A stretch of 64,000 nucleotides of DNA from an uncultured bacterium (lineage in GTDB: Bacteria > Oederibacteriota > JAAXVQ01 > JAUVAV01): contig CAVQBK010000001.1 in NCBI GenBank assembly GCA_963710755.1, positions 1 through 64,000 of the forward strand, in the 5' to 3' direction. Position 1 is the stretch's first letter. Each line of letters opens with the position of its first letter. Made by a program: the position numbers and the translations under genes. Below the pieces are notes generated by a model. That model was not told where the DNA came from. It ran no database searches and saw nothing but the letters and a program-made list of their open reading frames with translations. Shown in pieces: positions 30,651 through 41,665 of the stretch.

Positions 30651-32125
30651 TAAGAAGGCTGGTAACGAAACGTGTACGCATAGCCATGCTTGTTTGCCTA
30701 GTGGTTATTATGGGGTGCTCCAAGGCGTGGACAGCAACAGATGTTGTAGGTGCGCTCGGCTTGACTAAAAGAATTGATCCCCGCGCCGCCGGCATGAGCT
30801 ATGCCGTTATGGCCTTGGCGGACGATGTTTATGCCCTGCTGAGCAACCCGGCAGCACTCACTTATACGGAACATTCTCAATTGGCCGTAGGGTACGGCAG
30901 GGGATTGGTGGATGACAGCATCGCCCAATTATTATATGCCAATGCTGACGATGCCATGGATACATGGGCGCTGGGCGTTATGAATTATAATCGGGGCAAG
31001 TTTCAGTATCGGGATTTTTATGATCAGACCACAACCTTTCAAGCAGGCAGTGATTGGTTGCTTTATTATACCTTTGCCAACCGCTTATCCTACGGCTGGC
31101 GCTTGGGATGGAACCTGAAACTTTTTCATTCGCGTTTCATGGAATATTACAAAGCCACCACCTTGGCCGCTGATTTGGGGATGAGTTTTAATTTTGGCCC
31201 CAGGGTGCGATGGGACCTGGCGATAAGTAATTTTGGATTTAACCTGCCATATAATGATGACCCGAATGACCATTTGGGTTGGGCGTTAAATAATGATTAT
31301 GGAGAAAATTTGCCACTGGCTGCTGAAACCGGACTGGCCATTAAAATATTAAAAAGCAATAAACCCTTCGATGGACATGATCTGGCCATTGCCGGGAGGA
31401 TTAGAACAGAAATGCACCAAGAATGGATGATTAATGGGGGACTGGAATATTGGTATCACCACATGGTGGCCATAAGGGGCGGTTATTGTTTTGGTGATTC
31501 TATTGATGAACTGAGCCTGGGTGCCAGCATAAGATGGCCTGTGGCCAATAGCGGGCCTATGCAGATCGACTATGCCTTGCAACTTTCGCGGGATTTAAAT
31601 TACCAACACCAGATCGCCTTGAAAATGGATTTTCAGGATGGTTCCCAAAGAGACGGCGGTGCTCAAATTGTTGTGGTGCAAGACGCATACTACCGTTCAA
31701 GACATAAAATTGGATTTGGGGTGGGGAATATTTATGGAGGATCAGGAATTAATTATGAATACATGGCCAATGATGCCTTGGGAATATTTGGCGGTCTTGG
31801 GACGCCGACGTTTATATTGCAAACTCCATCTCAACCTGGTTTTGCGGTTGGAACCCGATATTATTTCCTCGGGCTTCCCAAGGGGGGCATTCGAGGCCGC
31901 CTATCTGCTTTTTTAAGCAATGGATGGCTTTTGAGTGGGTTGATAAGCACCGAATATTTAACCGCAGATATACAAATTGGATTCCAGTGGCGAGTATTAG
32001 AATGGATGAGTTTGGATTGGGATATTGGTTATGCCATTGCGCTTGAAGATAGGGACGTTATCATGGCCACGGACAATCAACTCCTCAACAATGCCGACAT
32101 CGGCGTGACCATTCATCTTCCCTAA
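30647..32125 (+). CDS. PorV/PorQ-family barrel with an extra C-terminal beta-barrel-like domain
   Basis: PRAAGMSYAVMALADD..NPAAL; IDYALQLSRDLNYQHQIAL; GTGA overlap with the upstream cargo gene. Confidence 0.8.
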   Translation: MIRRLVTKRVRIAMLVCLVVIMGCSKAWTATDVVGALGLTKRIDPRAAGMSYAVMALADDVYALLSNPAALTYTEHSQLAVGYGRGLVDDSIAQLLYANADDAMDTWALGVMNYNRGKFQYRDFYDQTTTFQAGSDWLLYYTFANRLSYGWRLGWNLKLFHSRFMEYYKATTLAADLGMSFNFGPRVRWDLAISNFGFNLPYNDDPNDHLGWALNNDYGENLPLAAETGLAIKILKSNKPFDGHDLAIAGRIRTEMHQEWMINGGLEYWYHHMVAIRGGYCFGDSIDELSLGASIRWPVANSGPMQIDYALQLSRDLNYQHQIALKMDFQDGSQRDGGAQIVVVQDAYYRSRHKIGFGVGNIYGGSGINYEYMANDALGIFGGLGTPTFILQTPSQPGFAVGTRYYFLGLPKGGIRGRLSAFLSNGWLLSGLISTEYLTADIQIGFQWRVLEWMSLDWDIGYAIALEDRDVIMATDNQLLNNADIGVTIHLP

Positions 32126-32765
32126 ATAGTAAGACGGAATAATCGGGAAACCGGAAATTATGATTTGACGGTCCCACCAATTCTTGGAAAAATAGCCCGG
32201 TATAATGCGCTATGAAAGATATCAAGAAAAAACAGGGTAATAACTTTTCTCGAAGTTGGGATCATGATATAATCGATATTTTAAGGACACATGCTCAATA
32301 ACGCTGATGAAATGAAAATAAATAACACCTAAGCTACTGTTTATATGCAGGTGCAATTATCTCTTTGGAGAGATTGATTAAAGGGCAAGCAGGTGCGGTT
32401 AGGATTGGAAGTTAAAGCAGGTCAGTCGGGCTTAAATGTTTTTAAGGCTATTTACTTCGAGATAAAATAAATCTGGAATCAACCGACTAGTAGAGGGATG
32501 ATGACAGGTAAAGTACGCTAGAGAAAGGTTGTGATCTATTCTCACACCGGTTGAGGGTGATTTTGCTGTGGCTTGGTCTGTCGTCCTGTTAAAAGTAATT
32601 GAGTAGAAAAGTTGTAGTCTTGACTTTAAATAGACGAGGGCGGGGCTTTTGTTTGTTGGAATAGTATGGTATAGTACAATTATACAGAAAAAAATATTCA
32701 AGATACAGCCATGGAGGGCGATGCTAATGATATAAACTATCACACGTTTTTCTCGGGGGGGAGAA

Positions 32766-33773
32766 ATGGCATCTGAGACACTTTTAACACCTGTGGTTAA
32801 ATCAACACCCAGACCTTCGGCAAGTCCTGCCTTACCATCTGATCTAAAACCAAGTGCGTTGTCCATTGACGTCACCAATGCCTGTAATCTGAAATGTAAA
32901 CATTGCTTTTGGGATTCTTATGAACATGCATCATGTATGAATCCCAACTTGCTTAACCATATAAAGGAAACACTGGACGCCTTTCCTTCAATCACCAATA
33001 TTACCTGGTATGGTGGTGAACCTCTGTTAAATGAGAAAACAGTATCTATTCTTTGGGAAGGAATGAAATTTCATCAAAAGAATAATTTGGTCATTACCAA
33101 TGGCACCAACTTTATCCCTGACTTTGGCGAAAACATTCACGTTGGACTCTCTCTGGATGGGATCAAATCGATAAACGATGATATCCGCGGCCAGGGAGTG
33201 TACGAGAAGGCTAAAGCCAATGCTTTAAACGCGATCAGACGCGGTACACCGATGGCCATTATTTATTGTGTGAATTCAATGAATATCGACTGTATCCCAG
33301 AATTTGTAGAGGAATGGTCCGAAACACCTATTAATGGAGTGATTTTCACTTATTATGCACCTATGAAAAATAAACACTCTGAATTGATAGTCAAAGATAA
33401 ACAAAAATATGTTTTGGTTTCTATGCTGAATGAATTGAAGATGAGATATAAAAAGTTTATTTACAATTCACCATTGATGATTGAAATGTTAAAGCCGAAG
33501 TATAATAAGGTCCTTGCCCAAAATTGCCCCATGAATATTCACAATAAAAATGGACGGTGCCATTCTATACACATGAATCATGACGGCTCGATAAGAAAAC
33601 CCTGTGCGCTGGGACCATATGCAGATTGTTTCCAGTGCAGATCCATAACCAAAATGGCAATATACACCGGCATCTATAAAAGAGACAAAGAATCTTTAGA
33701 TACACTCTTCGAACTCTATCACACTAAGAAACATAAAGCCAGGCATCAGACGCGGATGCAATTATTTAATTAA
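32766..33773 (+). CDS. Radical SAM protein with a C-terminal Cys cluster
   Basis: CNLKCKHC, YGGEP, ITNG, SLDG..DDIRG.GVY; C-terminal PCALG..ADCFQC. Confidence 0.9.
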   Translation: MASETLLTPVVKSTPRPSASPALPSDLKPSALSIDVTNACNLKCKHCFWDSYEHASCMNPNLLNHIKETLDAFPSITNITWYGGEPLLNEKTVSILWEGMKFHQKNNLVITNGTNFIPDFGENIHVGLSLDGIKSINDDIRGQGVYEKAKANALNAIRRGTPMAIIYCVNSMNIDCIPEFVEEWSETPINGVIFTYYAPMKNKHSELIVKDKQKYVLVSMLNELKMRYKKFIYNSPLMIEMLKPKYNKVLAQNCPMNIHNKNGRCHSIHMNHDGSIRKPCALGPYADCFQCRSITKMAIYTGIYKRDKESLDTLFELYHTKKHKARHQTRMQLFN

Positions 33774-33831
33774 TTGATAATCCTTTGGGCCGACACTAAA
33801 GATACTAATACTCCGGCCTGAAGGAAATGCA

Positions 33832-35988
33832 ATGGACCAATATGCAATTGCTCAATATACTAATGCTTTGTTTATGTTGGTGGTGGGGTTCTATGTACTG
33901 ATTAAAAACCCTGCAAGCTTGGTAAATCGTATTTTTTTTCTGCATAACATGGCTGTCATGGTATGGAGCTTTTCTTTTGCCAAAATGGCTACTGCCCAAA
34001 GCCCTGCTGCTGGATTAATCTGGTCCAAAATGCTGCATGTGGGGGCTATGTTCATCCCTTCACTTTTATTGCACTTGTTTCTCCTCGTTACCGACAGGGC
34101 CCGTACGGTCAAACCACTAATAATCTCCTGTTATATTATTAGCGCGGTCATGGTCGCCTTGCTGCCAACCAACTTACTTATTGATCATACTATCAATGTT
34201 GTTGGTTTCAAATTCTTTGTGGGACCGACCGGTATTTGGTATCATTTTTTTCCTTTGTTTTTCGCCAGCTGTGTTTCGTACGCTTTTGTTCAGCTAATTA
34301 GTGCTTATAAAAAAGCCGAAGGCCTTAAGAAAAAACAATTGAAATATTTAATTATAGGCGCAGCTTTCGGTTATCTTAGCGGGCCTGGCGGATTTTACCC
34401 CCTTTACAATATTCGCATACCACAATATTCTTTTTATGGCGTAAGTATATTTGTTGGTATAGTTGCCTATGCTGTAGTGAGATATCGCCTATTTGATTCT
34501 GAAAAGATAGTTAAAACTGCAGCACGACATTTAGTGATTTTATCCATCAACACATTGGTGGTGTTCATCACCAGTACCCTTTACTCCAAATTCACTCATG
34601 CTCAAACTGATATCTATTTGATGAGTATTGTCGTGGCGGTTACGACAAGTGTATTTGTACTTGCTTTTAACCGGATGTATTATATGGATCGATGGGCTGA
34701 TAAATTTTTCAATAAGGATCAAACCAAAATTTATCATGCCATCAATAACATCCAGCAGCATATTAAAAGCCTTCATGATCAGAACGCTATCTTCGACCAC
34801 GTATTGAAATCATTGGGGAGCGAATTGGAAAATGTTGACATTTATCTGAAGGAAAGAAAAGAGGGGAATTATCACTCGGTCGTGGCCAACAATTATGAGC
34901 AAGGGCTGGATAAACGGGATGCTCTTATTAGAATTCTTGAAAAAAATGTGACTATTGTAGAAACCGATGAGTTGATCTATTTTGATCAGCAAAGTCATAG
35001 TCAGGATAAATTAGAATTGGTTGCTGGACTTCAAAAACTGAATGTGGCCTTAGCTATTCCAATGGCCATAGACCATAAAATGATAGGAGTACTATTGTTG
35101 GGGCGCCCGAAGAATAGACTGGGTTTCGCCGAAAGGGAAATAATAGAATTGGACAACCTTGCCTTTCAGTTGGCGTTGAGTGTTGAAAATTATCGATTGT
35201 ATGAAAAAATGATCAATGATAACAAAATGGAACTAATCGGCACCATGGCCGCATCTTTTGCCCATGAGATCCGCAATCCCCTGACCGGTGCGGCCACTTA
35301 TTTGGAACTATTGCCGGAAAAACTGGATAAGCCAGAGTTCGTAAAAAAATTCTTAGATGTGGTGCCCCGGGAAATAAAACGGGTCATGCAATTGACCACT
35401 GATCTGCTGAATTTTTCCAAAAGCGGTACCCTTAAAACTGAGCCAGTCAAGCTCAAATCCCTGGTGGAACGGTGTCTTGAATTGTTGAAAGCCCAACTGG
35501 CGGTGAAGCAACTGCGTGTTGACCTGGTGGCCCCCACCGATGGGGATATCGAAGCAGATTCCAACCAACTTTACCAGGTCATTCTTAATGTCATGATCAA
35601 TGCCATACATGCTTCTCATGAAGGCCAAACCATTTCCATAGCCATCCATACCAAGGAGATGCAGGCCATAGTATCCATTGTAGATAAAGGGGAGGGCATC
35701 TCGGCCGACAACTTGCAGAAAATTTTTGAGCCCTTTTTCTCCACCAGAATCTATGGTACTGGACTGGGTTTGGCAACCTGCAAACGAATCGTGGAGGGAC
35801 ATGGCGGCAAAATCAAAGTTCAAAGCGAAAAAAAGAAGGGCAGTACCTTTGAAATTATTCTGCCGCGCCAAGTGTCGCCAGAATTGGAAATCGCGGCCAA
35901 AGCTCAATTTTCTGTGAATTCCTCCGAACCTACTTTTAGCACCGACTCCGAAAAGGCCGGTAATTCATACCATCTGGAGGCCCTATAA
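33832..35988 (+). CDS. Membrane sensor histidine kinase (7TM N-terminus, GAF, HisKA, HATPase)
   Basis: Multiple TM helices; AHEIRNPL; NAIHA, DKGEG, FEPFFST, GTGLGL. Confidence 0.92.
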   Translation: MDQYAIAQYTNALFMLVVGFYVLIKNPASLVNRIFFLHNMAVMVWSFSFAKMATAQSPAAGLIWSKMLHVGAMFIPSLLLHLFLLVTDRARTVKPLIISCYIISAVMVALLPTNLLIDHTINVVGFKFFVGPTGIWYHFFPLFFASCVSYAFVQLISAYKKAEGLKKKQLKYLIIGAAFGYLSGPGGFYPLYNIRIPQYSFYGVSIFVGIVAYAVVRYRLFDSEKIVKTAARHLVILSINTLVVFITSTLYSKFTHAQTDIYLMSIVVAVTTSVFVLAFNRMYYMDRWADKFFNKDQTKIYHAINNIQQHIKSLHDQNAIFDHVLKSLGSELENVDIYLKERKEGNYHSVVANNYEQGLDKRDALIRILEKNVTIVETDELIYFDQQSHSQDKLELVAGLQKLNVALAIPMAIDHKMIGVLLLGRPKNRLGFAEREIIELDNLAFQLALSVENYRLYEKMINDNKMELIGTMAASFAHEIRNPLTGAATYLELLPEKLDKPEFVKKFLDVVPREIKRVMQLTTDLLNFSKSGTLKTEPVKLKSLVERCLELLKAQLAVKQLRVDLVAPTDGDIEADSNQLYQVILNVMINAIHASHEGQTISIAIHTKEMQAIVSIVDKGEGISADNLQKIFEPFFSTRIYGTGLGLATCKRIVEGHGGKIKVQSEKKKGSTFEIILPRQVSPELEIAAKAQFSVNSSEPTFSTDSEKAGNSYHLEAL

Positions 35989-37511
35989 TGAAACGCTTTT
36001 GGCTGATGAGCACAATGCTCTTGATGGCGCTTAGCCTGACCGCTTGCCAGGGACAACCTGGTAAAAATATTATGCGCCAGCTACATACTGAGAAATTAGG
36101 CGTCATGAAGGCGGAAAATTTTGAAAGTCTGAATGCCGCGGCGGACAATAAAATTGCCGGGTTTCTGGTTAAAGACAGTAATAAGCAATATGCAGTTATT
36201 AATGGGGAAAAACAAAAAACGTACCAAGAAGTTGCCCTCTTGTTGTTTAGTCCCGCAGGGAAACGGTCCATGTATGGAGCCAGAGTAGGGAAGAAGTGGT
36301 GCATTGTTCTCGATGGCCGTCAAGGTCCGCTATACGATGCAGTGCTGGGGCCGGATTTTAGTCCTGATGGCAAGAAAGCAGTGTACATCGGCGAATCCAA
36401 CAAAAAACAACACCTGCTCGTTAACGGCGTTCCCGGCCCGGGGTACGATCACATTTGGCCGGTCCAGTTCAGCCAAAACAGCGCCACCATGATTTATTTG
36501 GCCAGGAAAGGTCACAAGAAAACCGTGGTCATCAATGGCCGACCTGGACCTTGGGTGGATGAAGTAGGCCCGCCGGTAATGAGCGCAGACGGCCAAACCG
36601 TAGCTTACCGGGCTGAGAAAAATAAAAAATACATGGTGGTCATCAATCATAATCCGGGAAAGGCCTATGCGCTCTTGGGGAACCCTGTGATCAGTGCCGA
36701 TGGCACCAAAGTGGCCTACGCGGTCATTATAGGCGAGCTGGCTGAAGAAGCCGTGGTGGCTAACAATGAGCTGGGGCCGAAATTCATGGGTGCTATTGAA
36801 AAAGACAGCCTGACCTTCAGTCCTGATGGGAAACGAATTGCCTATATTTTAGAGGAAAAACATAAGCAAAAGGTTGTGGTGGACGGCAAGCCCGGTAAGC
36901 CTTTTGACCGTATTGTCACAGGCTCGATTACTTTCAGCCCGGACAGCAAACAGGTGGCTTATGCCGGTGAAAATGATGTGAAAAAAATGAAAACCAAAAA
37001 GGATGTTATGGTGGTGTCAGGGGAAAAGGAAAGCGAACCCTTTGTGGAATCCCAAAAATTGTTTTTCAGCCCCGATAGTAAAAACTTTTATTTTTTGGTT
37101 AAAAATCTGGATGACAAAAACCTGTTATTTAAAAATTGGAAAAAGATTAAAACCAGCGACGCTATTGTTAGGCCCACGTTCAGTCCGGACGGCAAGAAGT
37201 TTGCCTATGTGTCCGGCAAGGCCGGTAAAGGCCTGGTAGTGGTCATTAATGGACGCAAGCATAAGGTTTATGACGACATCTGGCCCATTAATTTCAGCCC
37301 CACCGGGGCCTACCTATATTATGTGGGGACCCGGGATAACAAACGCAGGGTGATTATTAATGGTAATGAAGGCGAGCCTTATGATGATATTATCAATGGC
37401 AACATCAAATTCATTGGGGAAAACCGGATTAGCTACGCTGCATTAAAGAAAAACCAAGATGATCAATTTGACATTGTTTACGTGGAAGAAACCGTGAAAA
37501 TCAACAAATAA
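35988..37511 (+). CDS. Lipoprotein with TolB/WD40-like beta-propeller repeats
   Basis: Lipobox LTA-C; repeated FSPDGKxxAY. Confidence 0.85.
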   Translation: MKRFWLMSTMLLMALSLTACQGQPGKNIMRQLHTEKLGVMKAENFESLNAAADNKIAGFLVKDSNKQYAVINGEKQKTYQEVALLLFSPAGKRSMYGARVGKKWCIVLDGRQGPLYDAVLGPDFSPDGKKAVYIGESNKKQHLLVNGVPGPGYDHIWPVQFSQNSATMIYLARKGHKKTVVINGRPGPWVDEVGPPVMSADGQTVAYRAEKNKKYMVVINHNPGKAYALLGNPVISADGTKVAYAVIIGELAEEAVVANNELGPKFMGAIEKDSLTFSPDGKRIAYILEEKHKQKVVVDGKPGKPFDRIVTGSITFSPDSKQVAYAGENDVKKMKTKKDVMVVSGEKESEPFVESQKLFFSPDSKNFYFLVKNLDDKNLLFKNWKKIKTSDAIVRPTFSPDGKKFAYVSGKAGKGLVVVINGRKHKVYDDIWPINFSPTGAYLYYVGTRDNKRRVIINGNEGEPYDDIINGNIKFIGENRISYAALKKNQDDQFDIVYVEETVKINK

Positions 37512-37687
37512 GACGATCGCGTCCAATATAGTCGACCAAGGTTAGCAGCAATGAGCCTTGTCCCTTGGTTATCTGTAATAAATTGTTCTTGATCAGATGT
37601 AATGCCCTGGATTTTTGGCAAGACCGGTTCATTTTCTTGTGCTTTTCCCATGTTGGTTGCCTTCCCTGAGGAAATCGCTAAAAATGT

Positions 37688-37715
37688 TTGACAAACAAAG
37701 ATATTTACGTAAAAT
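37688..37715 (+). promoter_or_regulatory. Sigma70-type promoter of the tRNA cluster
   Basis: TTGACA-16 nt-TAAAAT, ~30 nt before tRNA-His. Confidence 0.7.
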
Positions 37716-37746
37716 GATGATCCGCCAAAGCAATAGGTCTTTTGAT

Positions 37747-37824
37747 GGTGGACGTAGCTCAGTTGGTTAGAGCGCAGGGTTGTGGTCCCTGAGGTCGCGG
37801 GTTCGAGTCCCGTCGTCCACCCCA
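37747..37824 (+). tRNA. tRNA-His(GTG)
   Basis: Cloverleaf; CAGGG-TT-GTG-GT-CCCTG arm; G-1; encoded CCA. Confidence 0.95.
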
Positions 37825-37961
37825 GGAGCCCTTGAGGCAAGCCTGTTTGCCAATGGGCTGAGGATGGATGGGTTGAAGTCGATTATGCGGATGCAGAAAG
37901 CCCAAAGCCTGTTTCGCCGAATCCATATGACCTTTCTTCCGACCTGCACGATTGATTTAAA

Positions 37962-38037
37962 GCGCCTGTAGCTCAGTGGATAGAGCAACGGCCTCCGGAG
38001 CCGTGTGTCGGACGTTCGATTCGTCTCAGGCGCACCA
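37962..38037 (+). tRNA. tRNA-Arg(CCG)
   Basis: ACGGC-CT-CCG-GA-GCCGT arm; GTTCGA; CCA. Confidence 0.95.
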
Positions 38038-38203
38038 AGCCTCCCGCCTCAGGCGCGAGGCCGAGAAGTTGAGAATCGAAAATTGAGAATCGGAAAAACC
38101 AACTTCGGCTGACGTCTTGTCCTGTTGTTGACGGAATCGATTTTTGTTTTTTTAAAACCCCGCCTCCGGCGGGATGGATTTTCCATTTGGGATTATCAAG
38201 CTT

Positions 38204-38279
<76 letters not shown>

Positions 38280-38372
38280 CTTTTCATCGATCCTAGCCAT
38301 GATCCTGTGGCAAGGTGACCCACAAACACCGAATAGTAATAATGAGATCACCAGTATAAAGGGAGGTATAGG

Positions 38373-38455
38373 GCGAGGGTGGTGAAATTGGCAGACACGC
38401 TAGACTTAGGATCTAGTGCTTCGGCATGTGGGTTCGAGTCCCACCCCTCGCACCA
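38373..38455 (+). tRNA. tRNA-Leu(TAG)
   Basis: CTAGA-CT-TAG-GA-TCTAG arm; variable arm; CCA. Confidence 0.95.
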
Positions 38456-38463
38456 AAAGAACC

Positions 38464-39747
38464 ATGATTAAAGTTGACGTCAATGAACAAAGTGAAACTA
38501 CCAAAGTATTAAGTATCGAAGTACCTCAGGATGAGGTTTCTTCTGTTTTCAACCAGGTGACCGCCAAAGTCCGTCAAAAAGCCAAATTGCCCGGCTTTCG
38601 TAAGGGTAAGATCCCTGTGGACATAATTGAAAAAAACTATGCCCGCGAAATCCATGAAGAAGTACTGGACAAGTTGTTTTCTTTGTCCTACCCCTATGCA
38701 CTGGATCAAACCAAGCTGATGCCCATTATTCGTCCCAAGGTTGATAAAGTGGAACTGGATAAGCATAAACCGCTTACCTATCAAGTAACGGTGGAAGTCC
38801 TCCCGAATGTCAAATTGGGCAACTATAAAGGGCTTAAGCTTAAAGCCAATAAGGTGGAGATTAAGGATAAGGAAATTGACGAGGTTCTGGAAAATCTGCG
38901 GCAACACCATGCCACGTTGGAGCAAGCGCCGGACCGGGTCAGTCAGAAAGGCGATGTGGTCACGGTGGATTTCAGCGGTGAAAAAGACGGTGAGCCCGTG
39001 CCCGGCACCAAGGCCCAGGATTACCGGATCGAATTGGGCGCCAACCAGACCATCCCCGATTTTGAGGAAAACCTGGTGGGCATGAAAAAAGAGGAAACCA
39101 AGACCTTTGATGCAGTCTTTCCTAAAGACTACCATGCTCCTGAAATGGCCGGTCAAACCATTGCTTTTACAGTGACCGTGAAGGAGATTCAAGAGAAGAA
39201 ATTGGCGGAACTTAATGATGAATTTGCCAAGGATATGGGGAAGTTTGAAAGCTTGCAGGCGCTGAAAGACCGAATCAGGGAAGATCTGAAAGTGGAAAAA
39301 GAACGGCAAAATCGAATTTTGCTTAGCGATCAGATCAGCAAAGAACTTTCCAAATCGACCACGGTCAAAGTACCGGATGTGCTGATAGAACGTTCCCTGG
39401 ACAAAATGTTGATGGATTATGAGACACGCCTGCAACGGCAAGGTAAAACCCTGGAGACCACGGGCACTACGGCCGAGGGCTTCAAACAACAAAACCGCCA
39501 GCAAGTGGAGTTGGAATTAAAAGCCCAATTGGCGCTGCGTGAAATTGGCCAAGTCGAGAATATTGAAGTCAGTGAAGAGGAATTGAATCAAGAAGTTGAA
39601 AAAATGGCCATGGCGGCACGGCGGCCATTACATGACTATAAAGCCTATCTGGATAAAAACGATGCGTGGGAAGACATCCGGGGCCAAATAAGAGATTCAA
39701 AAGTTATTGACCTTGTCATCGAACATGCTAAAATCAGCTACAATTAA
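38464..39747 (+). CDS. tig: Trigger factor
   Basis: PGFRKGK motif, FKBP domain, position upstream of clpPX; start moved past tRNA-Leu. Confidence 0.97.
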   Translation: MIKVDVNEQSETTKVLSIEVPQDEVSSVFNQVTAKVRQKAKLPGFRKGKIPVDIIEKNYAREIHEEVLDKLFSLSYPYALDQTKLMPIIRPKVDKVELDKHKPLTYQVTVEVLPNVKLGNYKGLKLKANKVEIKDKEIDEVLENLRQHHATLEQAPDRVSQKGDVVTVDFSGEKDGEPVPGTKAQDYRIELGANQTIPDFEENLVGMKKEETKTFDAVFPKDYHAPEMAGQTIAFTVTVKEIQEKKLAELNDEFAKDMGKFESLQALKDRIREDLKVEKERQNRILLSDQISKELSKSTTVKVPDVLIERSLDKMLMDYETRLQRQGKTLETTGTTAEGFKQQNRQQVELELKAQLALREIGQVENIEVSEEELNQEVEKMAMAARRPLHDYKAYLDKNDAWEDIRGQIRDSKVIDLVIEHAKISYN

Positions 39748-39789
39748 ATTTTAAGACCGTACGGTATAAGCTAGCGAGGAGGACGAGAA

Positions 39790-40371
39790 ATGTCTTTGAT
39801 TCCCATGGTCATCGAACAAACCCAGCGCGGGGAGAGGGCCTATGATATTTATTCCCGCTTATTAAAGGAGCGCATCATTTTTTTAGGCACGCCCATCAAT
39901 GATGATGTGGCCAATGTGGTGATCGCTCAACTCCTGTTTTTGGAATCGGAAGAACAGAAGGAAATATCCATGTACATCAACAGCCCCGGGGGAGTCGTCT
40001 CGGCCGGCTTGGGCATTTACGATACCATGCAGTATATCAAATCACCGGTCTCCACGCTTTGCGTGGGACAAGCCGCCTCCATGGGGGCGGTATTGTTGGC
40101 TGCCGGTGCGCCCGGTAAACGCTATGCTTTACCCAATGCCCGCATAATGCTTCACCAAGGGTCGGGAGGCTTTCAGGGCAGCATGCCTGATATTCACATC
40201 CAGGCCAAGGAAATTGAACGGATTCAGGAACAAATGAATAAAATTTTAGCTAAGCATTGCAACCAGCCGGAAGATAGAATTATCAAGGATACAGATAGAG
40301 ATTTCTTTATGTCCGCTTTGGAAGCGCAAACATATGGTGTCATTGATGATGTTATGCAGGTTGGGGTTTAA
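39790..40371 (+). CDS. clpP: ATP-dependent Clp protease proteolytic subunit
   Basis: [25 protein letters not shown]. Confidence 0.98.
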   Translation: MSLIPMVIEQTQRGERAYDIYSRLLKERIIFLGTPINDDVANVVIAQLLFLESEEQKEISMYINSPGGVVSAGLGIYDTMQYIKSPVSTLCVGQAASMGAVLLAAGAPGKRYALPNARIMLHQGSGGFQGSMPDIHIQAKEIERIQEQMNKILAKHCNQPEDRIIKDTDRDFFMSALEAQTYGVIDDVMQVGV

Positions 40372-40385
40372 GCGAGGAGGACCAT

Positions 40386-41651
40386 GTGGCCAAAGCACCA
40401 TCTTCGAAAAGTATTTCATGCTCGTTTTGTGGCAAGACCTCGAGTGCGGCCCGCAAACTAATTAAGGGGCCTGGCGTCTATATCTGCGATGATTGCGTTG
40501 CTTTTTGCAATGACATCTTGGCTCACGAGACCTCAGCCAGTGTCCATCAAGAAATAACCCTGCCGAAACCCAAGGAAATTAAAGAAATATTAGATCGCTA
40601 CGTGATTGGTCAGGATTATGCCAAGCGGGTCCTGTCCGTGGCGGTGCATAATCATTATAAGCGCATTAATTTTCAACGCACGATGACCACTGATGAAGTG
40701 GAATTGACGAAAAGCAATATCCTTTTAATTGGCCCTACAGGAACAGGGAAAACCCTGTTGGCTCAGACGTTGGCTAAAATCTTAAAAGTACCTTTTGCTA
40801 TTGTGGATGCCACCACCTTGACCGAAGCTGGATATGTGGGGGAAGATGTCGAGAATATTGTTCTGAAATTACTTCAGAACAGCAATTACGAAGTGGATAA
40901 TGCTGTTCGCGGTATTATCTATATTGATGAGATTGATAAAATTGGGCGTAAAAGCGAGAACCCGTCCATCACCCGTGATGTGTCCGGCGAAGGGGTGCAA
41001 CAGGCCCTGTTGAAAATAATCGAAGGCACCATTGCCAGTGTTCCTCCCAAAGGCGGGCGCAAGCATCCACAGCAGGAATATGTCAAGGTGGATACGACCA
41101 ACATTCTTTTTATCTGCGGGGGAGCCTTTATTGGGCTGGAAAAAATCGTGGAAGGCCGGGTTGGTAAAAAGAGCATTGGTTTCGGTATGAAAGCGCAGGC
41201 GGAAAAACGCTTGTCACGTGATGATATTTTAAGCGGAGTTCACCCGGAAGATTTGATCAAATACGGTCTGATTCCGGAATTTGTGGGACGTCTGCCCATT
41301 GTGGCCAACCTGAACGAGTTGGATGAGGAAGCTCTGGTCAGGATTCTGGTGGAACCCAAGAATGCGTTGCTCAAACAATATCAAAAATTCTTTGAAATGG
41401 AAGATGTGAAGCTCACGATTACCAAAGAAGCCCAGAAAGAAGTGGCCAAAGAATGCTTGCGCCGTAAAACCGGGGCGCGGGGACTAAGGGCCATACTGGA
41501 AACGGTGATGCTCGATATTATGTATGAATTGCCGGGGCGGACGGATATCAGAGAATGTGTCGTGACTCCGGATGTGGTGCATCAAAAACAAGAACCGCTG
41601 TTGGTCTATCACGATTTGCCCCACAGCGATGAAGAGGCTAAATTAGCCTGA
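40386..41651 (+). CDS. clpX: Clp protease ATP-binding subunit ClpX
   Basis: CSFCG Zn finger, [22 protein letters not shown]. Confidence 0.98.
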   Translation: MAKAPSSKSISCSFCGKTSSAARKLIKGPGVYICDDCVAFCNDILAHETSASVHQEITLPKPKEIKEILDRYVIGQDYAKRVLSVAVHNHYKRINFQRTMTTDEVELTKSNILLIGPTGTGKTLLAQTLAKILKVPFAIVDATTLTEAGYVGEDVENIVLKLLQNSNYEVDNAVRGIIYIDEIDKIGRKSENPSITRDVSGEGVQQALLKIIEGTIASVPPKGGRKHPQQEYVKVDTTNILFICGGAFIGLEKIVEGRVGKKSIGFGMKAQAEKRLSRDDILSGVHPEDLIKYGLIPEFVGRLPIVANLNELDEEALVRILVEPKNALLKQYQKFFEMEDVKLTITKEAQKEVAKECLRRKTGARGLRAILETVMLDIMYELPGRTDIRECVVTPDVVHQKQEPLLVYHDLPHSDEEAKLA

Positions 41652-41665
41652 AAGCAGGCCTGATA

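Noticed and set aside
38041-38175. CTCAGGCGC echo of the tRNA-Arg 3' end as an att site
   Set aside because: Only ~9 bp, part of a small CCCGCCTCxGGCG hairpin; no integrase nearby.
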